Shown here piece by piece: positions 17,601-29,600 of a stretch of 37,282 nt of DNA (within the stretch, counting starts at the first letter, position 1; each line of letters starts with the position of its first letter). The stretch covers positions 1 to 37,282 of the forward strand of contig JBAUVX010000405.1 of NCBI GenBank assembly GCA_049583465.1, read 5' to 3'. The notes below the pieces were generated by a model, which searched no databases, had not been told where the DNA came from, and saw only the letters and a program-made list of their open reading frames with translations. The DNA comes from Waddliaceae bacterium (GTDB taxonomy: Bacteria > Chlamydiota > Chlamydiia > Chlamydiales > Waddliaceae). The position numbers and the translations under genes were made by a program.

Positions 17601-20600
17601 TTGAAACTAAGAGTTGAGGATCTAGAAGTCGATGCTGAGTTCAGTGAGTATGGCTTTGATTCGATCACGTTGACGGATTTTGCTAACAGGCTGAATGAAC
17701 GCTATCAACTAGAGCTAACTCCTACGGTTTTTTTTGAGCATCCCACGATTGGTCGTTTCGCAAAATATTTGAGTGAAGCCCATCAAAGCACATTTGCTGT
17801 TCAAAAGCCGGCGCAAATGGAAACGATACAAATAGCAGAGGTCGAGATTAGTGAAGAAAGATTAAGACTAAGACGCCGTTGTCGCTTTGCACACACAAGG
17901 AGTTCCTCTGCCTCGTTTGATTCCGACATCTTAGATCCGATTGCTGTTGTAGGGATGAGTGGCTGTTTCCCTGAGGCTTGCGATATTCATGAATTTTGGA
18001 AAAATCTTTCCGAGGGCAAGCATTGCATACAGACAATACCCAAAGAGCGTTGGGATTGGCGAGCATTTTATGGGGATCCTCAGCAAGAGAACAACAAAAC
18101 CAACGTCAAGTGGGGAGGTTTTATCGAGGGCGTTGATGCCTTTGATTCCCTATTTTTTGGGATATCGCCTCGCGAAGCACAATTAATGGATCCTCAGCAG
18201 AGGTTGCTGATGACCTATATTTGGTTGGCATTGGAGGACGCATGTTATCCGGCATCAACCCTTTCGGGTAGCAATACGGGAATTTTTGTTGGCACTGCCA
18301 GTAGTGGTTATACCGGTCTGATCACCAATGCCAAACTCCCTATTGAAGGGTACAGTTCAACAGGTATCGTTCCCTCGGTAGGTCCCAATAGGATGAGTTA
18401 TTTTTTAAATGTTCATGGTCCCAGCGAGCCTATCGAGACAGCCTGCTCATCCTCTTTGGTGGCGATTCATCGAGCTCTTGTTGCAATGAGGACAGGGGAG
18501 TGTGATCAGGCGATAGTTGGTGGAGTGAACACGATTATTGGCCCAGAGGCTCATATTAGTTTTAGTAAGGCGGGAATGCTTTGCCAAGATGGTCGTTGCA
18601 AAACATTTTCGAAACAAGCCAATGGGTATGTGCGAGGTGAAGGAGTGGGCATGCTCTTTTTAAAAAGCCTCGAGGCAGCAGAAAGGGATGGAGATCATAT
18701 TTACGGATTGATTCGAGCAAGTGCGGAGAATCATGGAGGTCGGGCAAATTCTTTAACAGCGCCAAATCCCAAAGCGCAACGGGATCTCTTAATCCGTGCT
18801 TATCAACAAGCGGGAATCCATCCTGAGACAGTCAGTTATATTGAGGCCCATGGAACAGGGACAGAATTAGGAGATCCCATAGAAATCAACAGTTTGAAAG
18901 CTGCATTTAAAGACTTAACTGAAGAGATGGGAAGCTCCCAGGTTCAAGAGGTTCGCTGCGGGTTAGGATCAGTAAAGACAAATATTGGCCACTTAGAACT
19001 AGCAGCAGGCGTTGCGGGTGTGATTAAGGTCCTACTACAGCTAAAGCATAAAAGATTAGTAAAAAGCCTGCATTGTGATGAAATCAATCCTTATATCGCT
19101 CTAAAAGAGAGTCCATTCTATGTCGTTCAAGAATCACAAGAATGGCGCCCTTTACAAGATGCCAACGGAAAGCCCCTTCCTCTCCGAGCAGGGGTGAGTG
19201 CGTTTGGATTTGGAGGAGTCAATGCCCATGTTGTCCTTGAGGAATACATTCCAAAGGATGGGCGGGAATCAAAAGAAAAGGGTGTGGCTCTTCCATCAAG
19301 TCCACTCATTATTCTCCTTTCTGCTAAGAGCAGAGAGTGTTTGCAAGACTATACAAAGAACCTGTTGACATGGATACAAAACGATAAAGACCATCAAATC
19401 AATCTTGTCAATCTTGCCTACACCTTCCAGGTGGGCCGTGAAGCGATGGAAATGCGCTTAGGAATGATTGTTCATTCAATGGAAGAACTGGAACAAAAGT
19501 TGCAGGTGTTCATTAAGGGGGAAGAAGTTGCAGAAGGTCTCTATGTTGGGCAAGTCAAGCGAAACAAAGATGCTTTGGATGTCTTTACAGCTGATGAAGA
19601 TTTACAACAAGCATTGGAAGCTTGGGCTAGTAAGGGGAAATACAGTAAACTCCTCGGTCTTTGGGTAAAAGGTCTGATTTTTGATTGGGGCAAACTGTAT
19701 GGCGCCAACAAGCCCCGGCGTATCAGCGCACCAACTTACCCTTTTGCCAAAGAACGTCATTGGGTAGAAGATGGTTTAGGAAATACCACAAAAGCGGGTC
19801 TGAAAGAAGCGCAAAAAACGTCGGCCGAGTTAGTTCCGATGAGCCCGGTGTGGGAAGCGGTTGTTCTTGAGAAAATGGAGCTTTTATCCGAAAAGGATAA
19901 GCAAATGCTCATCATCGGAGGCACTCAATGCCAAGTAAGGGCTTTAAAAGAGCTTTATCCCCAAGCTAACAATCTAGCCATTAAGACAAATGCAGATATT
20001 GATGCAATCGCCACACAACTTTACACACAAGATTTCAACCATCTTATCTGGGTTTCTTCTCACTTTCCCTTGCGGTCTTTGGACAGTAAAGACCTCATTC
20101 AAGAGCAAGAAAAAGGGGTTTTGCACCTGTTTCGCATCCTCAAGGCATTGCTTTCTTTGGGTTATGGTGAGAAAGAGCTGGCTTGGACATTGATTACCAC
20201 AGCAACCCAGTCTGTCTGCAAAGATGATCGGGTCAATCCTACTCATGCCAGCATACACGGATTCATCGGTTCTTTAGCTAAAGAATACCCTCAATGGAAG
20301 ATTCGTCTTTTGGACATGCAAGAGGATGAGGAGTGGCCTGTTCGGGACATGTTTCGGCTACCTTATGACAGGAAAGGAAACGCATTAGCCTACCGAGCAG
20401 GCGAGTGGTTTGTCCAAAAACTGCTTCCTGTCCGCGAGTGTTTAAGCCAGAATCGACTGTATAAAACAGGAGGCGTTTATGTAGTAATTGGAGGAGCTGG
20501 CGGGCTTGGAGAGGCTTGGACTCAATGGATGATAGAAAACTATCAAGCGCAAATCATTTGGATTGGCAGGAGAGAAAAACAAGCCATTCAGGGTAAATTA

Positions 20601-23600
20601 ACTTCTATGGCAGCGATAGGTTCTAAACCCATTTACATCCAAGCTGATGCTCGCTATCAAGAATCTTTGCAAAAAGCTTATCAGCAAATCAAGCAGCAGC
20701 ATGCACACATTCATGGGGTGATTCATTCGGCACTTGATTTATTTGATTATGCGTTGGCTAATGTAGATGAAAAACGATTTCAATCCATCCTTTCAGTCAA
20801 TATTGATCTTAGTGTATCGATCGCCCGAGTCTTCATGCACGAGCCCTTGGATTTCTTCCTGTTTTTTTCCTCTATGGCAGCTTTCACTAAAAGTGGAGGA
20901 TTTAGCGGTTATTCTTCAGGTTGTACGTTTAAGGATGCTTTTGCTTGTCAACTGTCTCAGGCATGTTCCTATCCGGTAAAAGTGATGAACTGGGGATATT
21001 GGAATATCGGTTCCGGAAGCAGAATTTCTGAACAGATAAAAATTCGTCAAAAGCAAAGTGACATCAAAGCGATTGAGCCCGCCGAAGGAATGACAATATT
21101 GGAAAAATTCCTCAATGGCCCCTTAAAGCAAATGGCTTTAGTCAAAACCTCGAAACCGACAGCAATGGAAGGAGAATGGGTGATCATCTATCCGGGAACA
21201 ATTCCCTCCATGATGAACAAAGACATTTCTTATCTTATCGATGAGCCCGATCCAAACACCCTCGCAAAAGGATTAGAAATCCAGGAGATGGAGAGTTTGC
21301 TCTACAAACTCCTGTGGAGCTGTTTACAGTCTTTAGGATTATTTCAAAAACAATGCTTCAAGTTTTCAGATTTAAGACATCAAGAAGTCTTTATCGAATT
21401 TTATGATCCTTGGATGAAGGAAGTTTTTTCTGTTTTTTGTCACAAGGGCTACCTAAAATTCGACGGAGAGAAATATACAGTAGAGAATTCCGATAAAGTG
21501 GATCTTAACATTGCTTGGGATGAATGGGATCGGCGAAAAAAAGCGAAACAATGGAACGAAGACAGCGATAAAAGGGCTCAAATTGTTTTGGTGGAGGCGT
21601 GTTTGCGCGCTTTGCCGGAAATTTTAACCGGCAAGCGACAGGCCACGGATGTGATGTTTCCTCATTCCTCTATGAATCTGGTCGAAGGAGTTTATCAAGG
21701 GAATCGTGTTTCAGATGCCTTTAATAAGATCCTTGCTCAGGTATTGGCCACTTGCATTCAAGAACGACTCGCTCAGGATGCCTCATCTCAAATACGGATC
21801 CTCGAAGTCGGCGCGGGCACAGGAGGAGCGACAGCTGCCATTTTGCCAACACTTCAACCATTTAAACAACAAATTGTAGAATATTGTTATACCGACCTTT
21901 CAAAATCTTTTCTATTTCATGCAGAAGAACAGTATCTTCCTCAACACCCCTTTCTCTGCACGAAAATTTTCGACGTAGAAAAATCCCTTTCCGAACAAAA
22001 CATTTCAGCAGATACCTATGATTTCGTGATTGCAAACAATGTCCTACATGCCACTAAAAACATTCGGCAAACATTGCGCAATGTAAAAGCAGCCTTACAT
22101 AAAAATGGACTGATTTTATTGAATGAAATCTGCAACAAATCGTTGTTTGCTCATTTGACCTTTGGTTTACTCAAAGGGTGGTGGTTACAAGAAGATGATG
22201 CCCTACGTATTCCCGGTTCTCCGGGATTATATCCCCAAGCTTGGGAAAAGGTACTGAAAGAAGAAGGATTCGATCCCGTTCTGTTTCCGGCAGAAAAGGT
22301 TCACGGGCTAGGTCAGCAAATTGTTGTCGCTGAAAGCAATGGAATCGTTCGGCAAAAAAGGTCAGGTCAAGCCGATCATGAGATGCCTGCAAAAGCATTG
22401 CCTCAAAGTAAGTCTCAAAAAATCCAGAGTGATTCTCGACAATATGAGCCAATAAACGAAATATTGAAAGAAAAAAGCATCAATTATTTTAAAAAATTAC
22501 TCGGAAAAATATTAAGGATAGATAGCAATAAAATTGATTCATTAGAGTCCTTAGAAAGTTATGGTATTGATTCCATATTGATTGTTCAGATCAATAATAG
22601 TTTGCGTGAAATCTTCGGAAATATTAGCAGCAGCTTGCTATTTGAAGTTCAAACTCTCCATGCATTGGTCGAATATTTCATTAATAATAAAAAAGAAGAG
22701 TTAATTAAATTATTTGGTTTGGAATATCAAAAAGTTTCTGACCATCAGGTCTCCGTGAAAGAGACATCTGGCATGAGTGTGGATGATGGGAACGCCGAAG
22801 CTAACTCTCAACCTTTTAGAGAATCGATAGCCATTATTGGCATCAGCGGTCGTTACCCCCAAGCTAAAGATTTAACAACATATTGGGAGAATTTGAAATC
22901 GGGCAAAGATTGTATTGTAGAGATCCCTGAAGAGCGTTGGTCGCTAGAAGGATTTTTTCATTCTCCTATAGAAGAAGCTATCGCACAAGGAAAGAGCTAT
23001 AGTAAATGGGGAAGTTTTTTAGAAGGATTCGACGAGTTTGACCCTCTATTTTTTAATATTTCTCCTCGTGAAGCGATGAGTATGGACCCTCAAGAACGAC
23101 TTTTTCTTCAATCTTGTTGGGCAGTATTAGAAGATGCAGGATATACAAGGGAGCGCCTTTCTACCCAGAAGAACAATAGCGTCGGTGTTTTTGCAGGTAT
23201 TACGAAAACAGATTTTGGTTTACATGGTCCCAAGCTTTGGCAACAAGGGGCACACCTTTACCCGCAGACGTCATTTAGTTCTGTGGCAAACCGGGTTTCT
23301 TATTGTTTGGATTTGCAAGGGCCTAGTATGCCGATCGATACGATGTGCTCTTCCTCATTAACAGCGATTCATGTCGCTTGCGAGTATTTACACCAAAGAG
23401 AGTGTGAAATGGCAATCGCCGGGGGAGTGAATATCTATCTTCATCCATCGGGGTATATCAACCTCTGTGTTCAACATATGTTGTCAGTAGATGGGCGATG
23501 CAGAAGTTTTGGGAAAGGTGCTAATGGCTTTGTACCTGGCGAAGGAGTCGGCGTTGTTTTATTGAAACGCTTATCACAAGCCATTCAAGATCAAGATCAC

Positions 23601-26600
23601 ATTTATGCTGTGATACGCGGAACAAGTGTGAATCATGGGGGTAAAACTAATGGATACACAGTCCCCAACCCTAAAGCCCAGGAAGCTCTTATTCAAGCGG
23701 CATTGGAGAAAGCGGGAGTAGATGCCCGGACAGTGAGTTACATAGAAGCACATGGGACAGGGACGGCCTTGGGAGATCCGATTGAAATCACCGGTTTGAG
23801 TCAGGCTTTTAATAAGGTAACGGAAGACCGAGGGTTTTGTGCACTAGGCTCTGTCAAATCAAACCTTGGCCATTTAGAGGCTGCATCAGGGATTGCAGGT
23901 CTGACAAAAATCCTTCTACAGATGAAACACAAAACACTTGTCCCAAGCCTTCATGCTGAAGAGTTGAATCCACATATCGATTTTGCCAACACCCCGTTTT
24001 TTGTTAACCGAGATTTGCACAAGTGGAAGCGGCCTGTACTGAAAATCAACGGAGAAGAAAAGGAATATCCTAGGATAGCAGGAATTTCTTCCTTTGGTGC
24101 AGGTGGTTCCAATGCTCACATTCTAATAGAAGAGTATTGTTCTGAGGTTAGACAAGCGTCAGGAAAAGGTATTCTCTTTAGGGGGCCTGTCATCATTGTG
24201 CTGTCAGCCAAGGATGTGGAACGATTGAAAGAGTATGCAAAGAGTCTTGTGACATTTGTACAAAACGACAAAAATCGTCAAATCAATCTTGTTGACCTTG
24301 CTTACACACTACAGGTAGGTCGTGAAGCCATGAAAGTACGCTTAGGCATGATTGTCCATTCAATGGAGGAATTGAAAGACAAGTTGCAAGCGTTCATTGA
24401 TGGGAAAGAGGATGTCGGCGATGTATATCTTGGGACGATCAAGCAAAATAAAGAATCTTTGTTCCGCCTCCAAGCTGACGAAGATTTACAAACAGCCGTG
24501 CAAGCCTGGATGAATAAAAGGAAGTACAGCAAGCTCGTCGACCTTTGGGTAAAAGGCTTTGCCTTTGATTGGGATAAACTGTATGTCGCAAACAAGCCAC
24601 AGCGAATCAGCGCGCCAACTTATCCTTTTTCTAGAGAGCGTTATTGGGTAAAGAGAGAAAATTTGCCATCCTCTTTACAGATCAAAGAACCCTCTCCCTC
24701 TATTGCCGAGAAATCTTCTGAGGTGATGTGTTTTGAAGAGGTTTGGCAAGAAGAAGAGCTACCCTCAACACTAAGGACCGATAAACACGTTCACACCATC
24801 CTTTGTTTTCTCTCAAATGTAGACAAGCAGCAGGTTTTTGTGGAGGCAATAAAGGCAATGAATCCACAAACTCAGGTGTTGTTTATTACCGAAAAATCGG
24901 AAGATCAGAGACAACACTACACTGTTGTACGAGGAGAGAGGAAAAGCTATCAACGAGCTCTACAAAATATACAGCAAGATCATGGCCATGTTGATGGAAT
25001 TTTTTATTTATGGCCCCTTGAAAATCCCTGTTGGATTCAAGACCTCTCCCCCATCACAATGCTTTTGCAAGCATTATCGATCACGCAACTGCAGCCTCAG
25101 CGGATTTTATTAGCAGGGGAGTTTACAGATGATTTAGAGCGTTGTTATCTGGAATCATGGATAGGCTTTGAACGTTCCCTGGGACTTGTGATGCCTAATA
25201 CTCAGCTTGGAGTGATTTTCCAAAAAAATACTCAAAAAACGACGTGTGGCAATATCTCTGATTGGACTAAGAAGCTTTGGAAAGAGTTCTCACATAAAAA
25301 AACAAAGAGTGTTTGCTATCAACAAGGAAAACGGCATGCCTTGAAGATTTTTCCAAGAGTGGCTAAATTGGATAAGCAATTTTTAAATTATTTATTGGAA
25401 GGAACGATTTTAATTACCGGGGGTTGTGGGGGACTGGGTTTTCTTTTTGCCGACTATTTCGCTAGAAACACACAAACGAAGAGAATCATTTTAACCGGCC
25501 GCTCTGCTCTGACCTCCCAGAAACAGTCTAGAATGAAACAGCTTGAAAAATTAGGTTGCTCGGTTTTTTACTTACAAGCCGATGTGTGTGATCTAGAAGG
25601 TATGAAGGAGGGATTAAAGAAGGCAAAGGAGCATGTTGGCCCCATCTCGGGTGTGATTCACGCCGCGGGGATCAACGAGTCTAAAACAATCATTGAAAAA
25701 GATTTCAAGGAGTTTCAAGAGGTGTTGGATCCAAAGGTTAAAGGGACACTCGTTTTAGATGAAGTGCTACACGACGAGCCTCTTGAGTTCATCTGCTACT
25801 TTTCTTCAAGTTCAGCAATTTTAGGAGATTTTGGTGCTTGCGACTATGCCGTAGGAAATCGCTTTGAAATGGCTTATGCACACTATCGCTCTGCACTTAA
25901 AGCGCAAGGGAAACGTTTCGGTAAAGCAGTTGTGATCAACTGGCCTTACTGGAAAGAGGGAGGGATGCAGTTTGGAGAGAGTGAGCAAGCCGACTTTTAC
26001 TTAAAATCCAGTGGACAGCAACACTTAACAACGGCTGAGGGAATTGATATTTTTGAAAAAATTCTTTGCCAAGAACAAACACAGCATTTGGTGCTTGTTG
26101 GACAACCCGGTCGAGTGCATCGCTTCCTGGGGTTAACGGATGAACCCTTGCGACTGGATAGCCCCAAAGTTCCGGCATTGCCAGCCTCTACAAAGGGGGA
26201 GAGGCGTCCTGAACTGCGAGGATTGAGTGTAGAGCAATGTCTTGAGTGGGAGTTAAAAGAACATGTTAGCCGGTTGCTGAAAATTCCTCGGGAAAGTGTG
26301 GACACCGGGGACAATTTAGCAGATTTCGGGTTTGATTCCATCAGTTTAGCCGAATTTGCACACATTTTACGTGACCATTATGGGTTTGAAGTGACTCCCG
26401 CCTTATTCTTTGGTTATTCCACTTTAGAGAAGTTAATCAGCTATTTTTTAAAGGAGCATGGAAAAAACCTCGCAGAGTTTTATCAAACAGCCCAGGAAAA
26501 ACAAGCCCTTAATTTGCCATCTTCTCCCATTCAACAGTCTGAGCCGGTTCAGGCAAAGTCAGTTCAGTTTGCCGCCCGTCGATCCGATTCAAGTAACCTG

Positions 26601-29600
26601 GAGCCGATTGCGATTATTGGCATGAGCGGTCGCTTTCCTCAAGCCCAATCCATTGAAGAGATGTGGGAGATTTTGTCAGCGGGTAGGGATGCTATTGAGG
26701 AGATCCCGGAAGGCCGATTGGATTGGAGCCAATATAATCGAGAAGTGCGCTACAAATGGAGTGGTTTTATTCCCGGAATTGAAGAGTTTGACCCCCGATT
26801 TTTTGAGATTTCTCCCCAAGAAGCAGAAGAGATGGATCCTCGTCAACGTCATTTGATTCAGGAATCCTGGAAAGCTTTGGAAGATGCAGGTTATGGAGTC
26901 AATCAGATTAAACAACACAACATAGGCATGTTTGTGGGTGTCGAAGAGGGAGGATATGGTTTTCCGGGAGAAGGTAATATTACCGCCGGCCATAATGGCA
27001 TTTTAGCTGCTCGCATTGCCTACTTTCTCGACTTGCACGGCCCAACAATGGCGATCAACACCGCCTGTTCCTCAGGTCTTGTTGCTGCTCATCAGGCGAT
27101 TTTGAGTTTGCGCAGCGGCGAGTGTAGTACAGCGATTGTTGCGGGAGTGAATTTAATGCTCAGTCCGGCGCCATATGTGGCTATGAATCAGGCCGGCATG
27201 CTATCGTCTGATGGAAAATGTTTTGCCTTTGATCAAAGAGCTAACGGCATGGTTCCGGGAGAGGCGGTAGCCGTTGTCATTTTAAAGAAATTATCAGATG
27301 CAGAATCCGATAAAGATCCCATTCATGCGGTGATCCGAGGAAGCGGCGTCAATTACGATGGCAAAACTAATGGGATCACCGCTCCAAGCGGTGTTTCTCA
27401 AGCTGCACTGTTAAAAAGTGTCTATCAAACATATCACATCAATCCTGAAGAGATTGACTATATTGTGACGCACGGGACAGGAACAAAGCTGGGAGATCCT
27501 GTTGAAATTAATGCCTTGAATGATGCGTTTAAGGAATATACTCAAAAACAAAACTATTGTGCTCTCACCTCAATAAAGAGTCATTTTGGACACACCTTTG
27601 CCGCCTCGGGTTTAGTGAGTCTGATCAGTCTTGTTGAAGCACTCAAACGAAAAAGCATTCCCGGCAGTTTGCATTGTGAAAATGAGAATGACTACATCCA
27701 TTGGGAACAAAGTCCTTTTTATGTGAATAAATCCACTAAAGCTTGGCCAAAGCATGGGACAAACAAGCGAGTGGGGGCTGTGAGTGCCTTTGGAATGAGC
27801 GGTACAAACGCCCATATGGTTGTGGAGAGTTACTCTTGCCATGAAAAGGAGAGAAGAGAAGCTTTTCCCTATTACTTGCTGCCTATTTCTGCCAAAACAC
27901 AAGAAGCACTACAAGAAAAAATCCAAGACATACTCAAGGCCCTGCAAAGCATCCAAGGGGAAAAAGAGGGACTGACGGCGATGTGTTACACGCTGCAAAT
28001 AGGACGCCATCATTTTTCTCATCGTTGTGCAATTGTTGTTGAAGACCTAGAGGAGGCCGTTTACCTCTATAATCAGGTAAAAGCAGGGGAGAGGCCCGCT
28101 AACGTTTTTCAAGGAAAGGTAAAACGAAACTTTAAGGGGCAAAAGGTTATCGAGCAATCCATCACAGATCTACTGATTAAAAGCAGAACAATACAAGAAG
28201 ATCCGGCAACATACCGGGAAATCTTATGTGCATTAGCCGATTTTTATTGCCAGGGCTATGACATTGCTTGGGATCTGCTGTATGGAGAGGAAAAACCCTG
28301 CCGCATTCCGGCACCGACGTATCCTTTTGCCAAAGAACATTACTGGAAAAAGAGTCGGGATGCGACAGCCGATGGTCTCGTTCAATCAAGTCGTAGAAGC
28401 CGATGGCATCCTTTACTCCAGGAAAACATCTCAACCCTTTCCGAGCAGTGTTACGGCTCGACCTTTACAGGGGAGGAGTTTTTCTTAAACGATCACAGAA
28501 TCAAAGGAAAACAAGTACTGCCCGGAGCAGCTTACCTTGAAATGGCTTATGAAGGAGTAAAGCGGAGCTGTGGCTTGCCTGATGGTCAAAATGTCTTGCT
28601 TAAAAATATAGTCTGGACTCAGCCGATTGTTGTCGAAGATTCCCCTGTTGATGTCACGATGGAGTTGTTCTCAGAAGAAAATGGGGAGATCTCCTACGAA
28701 ATTTTCACCGAAAGGGCAAATGAATCCGGCGATAGTGTTGGACACAGTCAAGGAGTGGCAGTATGCAAGGCAAATGGGGAAACGCCCATCCTAAACCTGG
28801 CTGATCTAAAGAAAAAGCTCAATCACCGGTCTCTTGATCTCGAGGGGTGTTATGCAACTTTCAAAGAGATGGGTCTTGATTATGGCCCTGCTCACAAAGC
28901 TCTTGTAGAGGTTTACACAGGAGATCATGAAGTCTTGGCCAAATTAACCCTGCCTGCCTCAATCAAAGAAACGCAAGAGCAATTTACCCTGCATCCCAGC
29001 CTGTTGGATGGAGCTTTTCAAGCGTCAGTTGGTTTGGGTATATCCGGTAGTCAACAGGTTAAGCCCTTACTTCCTTTTGCACTGGAAAGCCTTGAGGTGT
29101 TTGACCGCTGCAAAGAAACGATGTGGGCTTGGGTTCGTTTTGCAGAGGGTAGTACAACAGCAGGCAACATCCATCGATTATCGATCGACCTTTGTGATGA
29201 TGCAGGGAAGCTTTGTATACAGATGAAAGGGTTTTCTGCCCGAGAGCCGGTAGAAGAACCTGAAGCTGTGGATACCTTGATGGTCACACCCATTTGGCAA
29301 GAAAAGCCTCTCGATGACCGGCAGCAACTCCCTCAATATCGTGAACATCGCATCTACTTGTGCGGGTTCAAGCAAACGAGAGAAGAGTTGCAAGAAAAAG
29401 CTCCACATGTCTTCTCTCTTGAACCGGACCCAGAACAAAAAGGGTTGGAAGAACAATTTTCATCCTACGCAGTTCAACTATTTGAGGACATTCAAAGGAT
29501 TTTACAAGAGAAACCCCAAGGACAGACTTTGCTGCAGGTCGTTGTGCCATCTCAAGGTCCTAAACAGGTGTTTGCTGGCATATCAGGACTTTTAAAGACC

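Larger units (their letters stand above)
11652..19763 (+). repeat. Supermodule repeat, copy 1 (KR-ACP-KS-DH-KR-ACP-KS+flank, ~8.1 kb)
   Basis: Catalytic codons of copies 1 and 2 are in register at +13,068 nt: KS Cys 13998/27066, DH His 15426/28494, DH Asp 15939/29007. Small in-frame indels shift the register to +13,035 by KS4/KS7. By hand count there are 14 mismatches in 132 nt (13539-13670 vs 26607-26738). Out-of-frame track ORFs recur at the same offset (13585..13788 vs 26653..26856; 13608..13925 vs 26676..26993). Confidence 0.9.
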
